Shown here: positions 59,963-64,000 of the stretch, piece after piece
How positions within the stretch are numbered: the stretch's first letter is position 1
Layout of the letters: every line of letters begins with the position of its first letter
Notes under the pieces: model-generated
The model's database searches: none
Told to the model about the DNA's origin: nothing
What the model saw: only the letters and a program-made list of their open reading frames with translations
Translations under genes and position numbers: made by a program
Source of the DNA: Methanobrevibacter sp.
GTDB lineage: Archaea; Methanobacteriota; Methanobacteria; Methanobacteriales; Methanobacteriaceae
Length of the DNA: 64,000 bases
Assembly: GCA_031284925.1 (NCBI GenBank)
Contig: JAITXE010000048.1
Coordinates: 1,394 to 65,393 of the forward strand
Direction of reading: 5' to 3'

Positions 59963-61846
59963 ATGTCAAATGAACTTTTTTGTCCTGATTGTGGAATGCT
60001 AAAAAGCAACTGTATTTGTGGAAAACACAAATCTAACTCCAATAATCGGGGATATGCTAATGCTAAGCATGATACTAGTGAATACTCTGATATAAAACAT
60101 AAACGAAATTCTAATAAAGGACTGTATGCTAATTTTAAGGATAATCCTACGGAAAAAGAATCAAAGACAATAAACTCACAATATTCTATAGAGGAAAATG
60201 TTTTAAATAATAGTCAAATTAATCAGTTAAAGAAAGAGTTCTCACATATTAATGAAGAAATAATTAGAAACTTTCCATTTGATTATCCTCGTAAAGGTCA
60301 GCTTGAAATAATAGCCGATATTGAAAATGCAATAGATAAAGGTTATAAATATGTAATTTTGGAGGCAGGAACAGGAACTGGAAAGTCTGCTATTGCTACA
60401 ACACTTGCAAAAATGTATGCTTCGTCATATATTCTTACAATGACTAAACAACTACAATCTCAATATATGAATGAGTTTAATTTTCCTTTAGTTAAAGGAA
60501 GAAGTAATTTTGATTGTTTAACAGATAATTTTGATTCTACTTGTGATATTGGAGCATGTAAAACAGCACCAAGGTCTAAAAAATTCTTTTGTCGATATGG
60601 AGTAAATCAAAACCCAACACTTGATGGAACAGAGGCTTTTAAGACTGCTTTTGGTTCTAATATTTATTTTAATTCAGGTAATAAATGTAATTATTGGCTT
60701 CAAAAAGCAAATGCTATTAATTCACCTATCACCTTAATGAATTATGATTATGCAATTCTTGAATTTAATTATGTAAACCATTTTGGAAAAAGAGATTTAT
60801 TAATTTTAGATGAAGCACATAATATAGAAGATAAATTAATGAGAATATTGGAATTAAATTTATATAATAAGAGAATAGAAAAAGATATTAATAAAAAATT
60901 AACTAAAGATATTTTATCAAGTGATAATCCAAAAGAGTGGATTTTAGAAATTGAAGCTATTGCAGAGGCATATAATGAAATTTCTTTATCTGATCTTCCA
61001 ATCAATAAAGTGGATAGAATCAGAACCACAACTAAAAGATTAAATCAGTTAAAAGCAAATCTAAAAAAAGAACCAAGGAATTGGGTTATTGATACAAATA
61101 ATGTTGGAGTATCTTTTAAACCACTTCGAATAAATAACTATGCACATGATTATTTACTTGATCACGGGGAAGTTTGTCTATTTTTAAGTGCAACCATACT
61201 CTCTCATACTATGTTTGCTAAATGGTTAGGAATAAAACCAAATGAGATCTATCATATTAAGGTTGATAGTCCATTTCCACCTGATAAAAGACCTATTGAA
61301 TTAACTTTAGCTGGAAAAATGTCTAAAAATAGAATAAAACAAACGGCTCCAAAAACATTAGATATATTAAATAAAATTTTAAAAAAGCATGCTAATGATA
61401 AAGGCTTAATTCATACACACAGTTATAGATGTCAGCAATATATCACAAACAAACTAACAGATTCAAGATTAATATCTCATAGTTCTGCTAATAGAGAAAG
61501 AATATTAGACTATTTTGAAAAAAGTGATGATCCACTCGTTCTTGTAAGTCCATCTATGAGTGAAGGTGTTGATTTACCTTATGATAAATGCAGATTTCAG
61601 GTTATTTACAAGGTTCCATTTCCTTACCTTGGAGATAAGCAAGTTAATCAAAGAAGGAAAAAAGATCAACGCTGGTATTCATATAAAACCGTGATGACTT
61701 TAATGCAAGCTTACGGAAGAGGTATGAGAGCAGAAGATGATTCTTGTCATACATATATACTTGATACAGATATTAAAATCCTCTTTAAAAGCCCAATGTA
61801 TAAATCATTGGTTCCTGAATTTTTTAAAGAAGCTATCATAGAATGA
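59963..61846 (+). CDS. XPD/DinG-family (Rad3-like, Fe-S) SF2 helicase with an N-terminal Zn-ribbon extension
   Basis: 627 aa. The N-terminus is CPDCGMLKSNCICG followed by a low-complexity linker. Walker A is EAGTGTGKSAIA. A 4-Cys cluster region reads NFDCLTDNFDSTCDIGACKTAPRSKKFFC. The DEAH box is LILDEAHNIED. The C-terminus has VSPSMSEGVDLPYDKCRFQVIYKVPFP and QAYGRGMR. Confidence 0.8.
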   Translation: MSNELFCPDCGMLKSNCICGKHKSNSNNRGYANAKHDTSEYSDIKHKRNSNKGLYANFKDNPTEKESKTINSQYSIEENVLNNSQINQLKKEFSHINEEIIRNFPFDYPRKGQLEIIADIENAIDKGYKYVILEAGTGTGKSAIATTLAKMYASSYILTMTKQLQSQYMNEFNFPLVKGRSNFDCLTDNFDSTCDIGACKTAPRSKKFFCRYGVNQNPTLDGTEAFKTAFGSNIYFNSGNKCNYWLQKANAINSPITLMNYDYAILEFNYVNHFGKRDLLILDEAHNIEDKLMRILELNLYNKRIEKDINKKLTKDILSSDNPKEWILEIEAIAEAYNEISLSDLPINKVDRIRTTTKRLNQLKANLKKEPRNWVIDTNNVGVSFKPLRINNYAHDYLLDHGEVCLFLSATILSHTMFAKWLGIKPNEIYHIKVDSPFPPDKRPIELTLAGKMSKNRIKQTAPKTLDILNKILKKHANDKGLIHTHSYRCQQYITNKLTDSRLISHSSANRERILDYFEKSDDPLVLVSPSMSEGVDLPYDKCRFQVIYKVPFPYLGDKQVNQRRKKDQRWYSYKTVMTLMQAYGRGMRAEDDSCHTYILDTDIKILFKSPMYKSLVPEFFKEAIIE

Positions 61847-62227
61847 TATTTAATTTTTAAACATTGAAGAATTTTTATTAACTTAATTTTTTCATGTATT
61901 TATTACTTTTTAGTTATATATAATAGTTTTAATAAAGTTCTTAAAAAATGAAAGCAATGGCAAAATTTTAAAATATTGCTTTAAATTACTCTTATTTATA
62001 TAATACCAATTATAATTAACAAATTTTTAAAATAAATATGAATTATACTATTTAAAATTAAAAATGAATATAAGTCATAATATAAATTTCACTTGAAAAT
62101 TAAGAACTTTATCAAAACCACCATAAATTAGGCACTGTAAAAACTCATGTGGGGTTTCAAATTTCAAAAATCAGTTTATCCATGAAAACATTTAGTTCAT
62201 ATTCTATCAACTTATTTTTTTAGATGA

Positions 62228-62290
62228 TTTTATAAATTTTAAAGATAAAAATCATACATGTAATTTACACTGCTAAAATAGGAAATATGA
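62228..62290 (+). promoter_or_regulatory. Putative archaeal promoter (TATA-like TTTATAAAT) with an ATGTAaTTTACA palindrome near the expected TSS (copy Y of 3), followed by the RBS GAGGAG
   Basis: tttataaattttaaagataaaaatcatacATGTAaTTTACActgctaaaataggaaatatgaggagaattcATG. The palindrome is centred about 30 nt downstream of the TATA-like box. Confidence 0.5.
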
Positions 62291-62299
62291 GGAGAATTC

Positions 62300-63475
62300 A
62301 TGCTTTATAGAAAATTAGGAAATACTGGGGAAAAAGTATCTATTTTAGGTTTTGGGTGTATGAGATTCCCTATAACCAATGTTAATGATGGAAGTAAAAT
62401 AGATAAAAAACAAACATTTGAATTATTAAACCATTCAGTTGAAAATGGTATTAATTACTTTGATACTTCTTTTGTATATCATAACAAAGTACTTTTTTCA
62501 AAAGATGGGGGAACAAGTGAAACAGTTCTTGGCGAATTTTTCTCCCAAAATTATAGGGAAGATGTTTTAATAGCTGATAAACTTCCTGTATGGAATATAA
62601 AAGAAGAAGAAGACTTTAATAAATATCTAAATTTACAATTGAAAAAATTAAAAACAGATTATGTTGATGTGTTTCTTATACATTCACTTAATAAAGTGCA
62701 TTGGCCAAAAATGTATGAATTAAATGTTCTTAATTTTTTAGATGAAATTAAAAGTGATGGTAGAGCAAAATATGTGGGGTTTTCTTTTCATGATGATTTA
62801 AGTATATTATATCCCATAATCAAATCTTATAATTGGGATATTATTCAAACACAATTAAATTATTTAGATGAAAGTTATCAGGCAGGTGTTGAAGGTTTAA
62901 AGTATATTAACTCAAAAAATATAGGTACTGTTATAATGGAACCTTTAAAAGGAGGAAAATTAGTAAATAATGTTCCACTAAAAGTTCAAGATATTTTTCA
63001 AAAATCAGAAATTAACAGAACATTTGCATGGTGGGCTTTTAAATATTTATACAATAAAACGGAAGTTAATACTGTGCTAAGTGGAATGAGTTCTTTAAAA
63101 GAGCTTGAAGAAAACATAAGTATTGCATCAAAATCACGCCCAAATACTTTATCTTCAAATGAAAAAGAAATAATTCAAGAAGTAAAAGAGATTTATGAAT
63201 CTATGAGAGGAATTGAATGTGGAAATTGTAAATATTGTATGCCTTGCCCTTATGGTGTCGATATACCTAAATGTTTTGTGTGGTATAATTATTTATTAAT
63301 GTTAAGTATTGATGATAAAGAAGAAGCTAAAAATCACTATCTAGAATTTGTTGAACCAAAAAATAGAGCATCTAATTGCACACAATGTCAAAAATGTATT
63401 CAATTATGTCCCCAAGATATTAACATTCCGCATGAACTAGAAACAATTAAAAATACATTTGAGTCAACAACATGA
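62300..63475 (+). CDS. Aldo/keto reductase fused to a C-terminal 4Fe-4S ferredoxin-like Cys cluster domain
   Basis: 391 aa. AKR features are LGFGCMRF, the DTSFVYHN region and DVFLIHS. The C-terminus has CGNCKYCMPCP and CTQCQKCIQLCP. Confidence 0.85.
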   Translation: MLYRKLGNTGEKVSILGFGCMRFPITNVNDGSKIDKKQTFELLNHSVENGINYFDTSFVYHNKVLFSKDGGTSETVLGEFFSQNYREDVLIADKLPVWNIKEEEDFNKYLNLQLKKLKTDYVDVFLIHSLNKVHWPKMYELNVLNFLDEIKSDGRAKYVGFSFHDDLSILYPIIKSYNWDIIQTQLNYLDESYQAGVEGLKYINSKNIGTVIMEPLKGGKLVNNVPLKVQDIFQKSEINRTFAWWAFKYLYNKTEVNTVLSGMSSLKELEENISIASKSRPNTLSSNEKEIIQEVKEIYESMRGIECGNCKYCMPCPYGVDIPKCFVWYNYLLMLSIDDKEEAKNHYLEFVEPKNRASNCTQCQKCIQLCPQDINIPHELETIKNTFESTT

Positions 63476-63589
63476 TTATAACTAAATTAATACAGGATGA
63501 TAAATATTAATAATACGAAATCATCATGTTTAAGACCAGTTAATCAATTGATTATTAAGGGATATCTTTATGTACTAATATGATACCTT

Positions 63590-63740
63590 AGGTAGTTTCA
63601 TTAGGATCATTAAAAGAAAATACTTTAGTGCAAATATGGAATGGTGAAAATATAAAGAGATTAGTACTAAACTCATTAATAAAAAATTTGCTTGAAGAAA
63701 CATTGATTTATGCATGAATTGTGATGCTAATGGGATTAAT
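63590..63740 (+). pseudogene. Radical-SAM/SPASM-domain protein C-terminal fragment
   Basis: ...GSLKENTLVQIWNGENIKRL..., then a shift to ...DLCMNCDANG. No radical-SAM core lies upstream. Confidence 0.4.
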
Positions 63741-64000
63741 GCTTTTAAATTTAAAAAAAACAGGAAAGCTATTGAAAAGAATTGGAAAAAGTTAGAATAT
63801 GGGGGTTCTATTGGCGATATAGATAATACTTTTCGATGATGCTGTTAAACTACTTATTGCTTACCAGTACATGAAATAAATTATTATTATGAAGGTTTGT
63901 GATTAATGTTTAATAAATTTTTATTCAATAGAATTCGTGTTGTTACTTGCTATGAAATTAAATTTTATTTAAGTAAAAAGAAAAACATACATCAAATGGA

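Noticed and set aside
1-64000. CRISPR arrays, rRNA/tRNA genes, and prophage or integrative-element hallmarks (integrase, transposase, att sites next to a tRNA).
   Set aside because: I saw no regularly spaced direct repeats, no G/C-rich structured RNA-like segments, and no integrase, transposase, capsid or terminase-like ORFs in any frame that I read.

Overview
Very AT-rich (about 25-30% G+C by eye) archaeal chromosomal segment. It is most consistent with a Methanobacteriales-type methanogen, because it carries archaeosine tRNA-guanine transglycosylase, TiaS, archaeal-type RibH, small TRAM and JAMM proteins, UPF0146 and a sortase-like protein. I saw no rRNA, tRNA, CRISPR array, integrase or transposase.

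About 45 genes look intact:
- Housekeeping: cysteine desulfurase, ribH, cysS, glmS, tgtA, tiaS, larB.
- Transport: a NitT/TauT-type ABC system, an APC permease, two P-type ATPases, pstCA, feoB, a TMEM175-like channel.
- DNA-transaction genes: see below.

The window also holds at least 15 decayed genes with frameshifts, nonsense codons or internal deletions. Most are of defence, toxin-antitoxin or accessory type: HsdR, HsdS, MNT, Fic, PIN/VapBC-like loci, MFS-CBS, TPR, MoeA, an ABC exporter, a glycosyltransferase, a radical-SAM/SPASM fragment and a TMEM175 paralog.

The most interesting locus is a minus-strand operon at 55.8-59.0 kb. It encodes a RecQ-family helicase fused to a degenerate ComFC-like phosphoribosyltransferase domain, followed 41 nt later by a DprA/Smf-like protein. 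As far as I recall, this matches the bacterial PsyrTA (RqlHI) toxin-antitoxin / anti-phage pair, and it also mirrors the ComFA/ComFC/DprA competence triad. It sits in a small island with type I R-M relics, a duplicated TMEM175 channel gene and a Zn-ribbon-fused XPD/DinG-like helicase.

Other observations:
- An inverted-repeat pair about 31 kb apart, placed identically upstream of two genes.
- A three-copy promoter/palindrome module.
- Two essential tRNA-modification genes whose conserved N-termini lie upstream of any canonical start codon.
- An orphan Cas4-like Fe-S nuclease.
- A GerW/DUF2953/atypical P-type ATPase cluster.

All family assignments come from reading motifs by eye. No database search was run.
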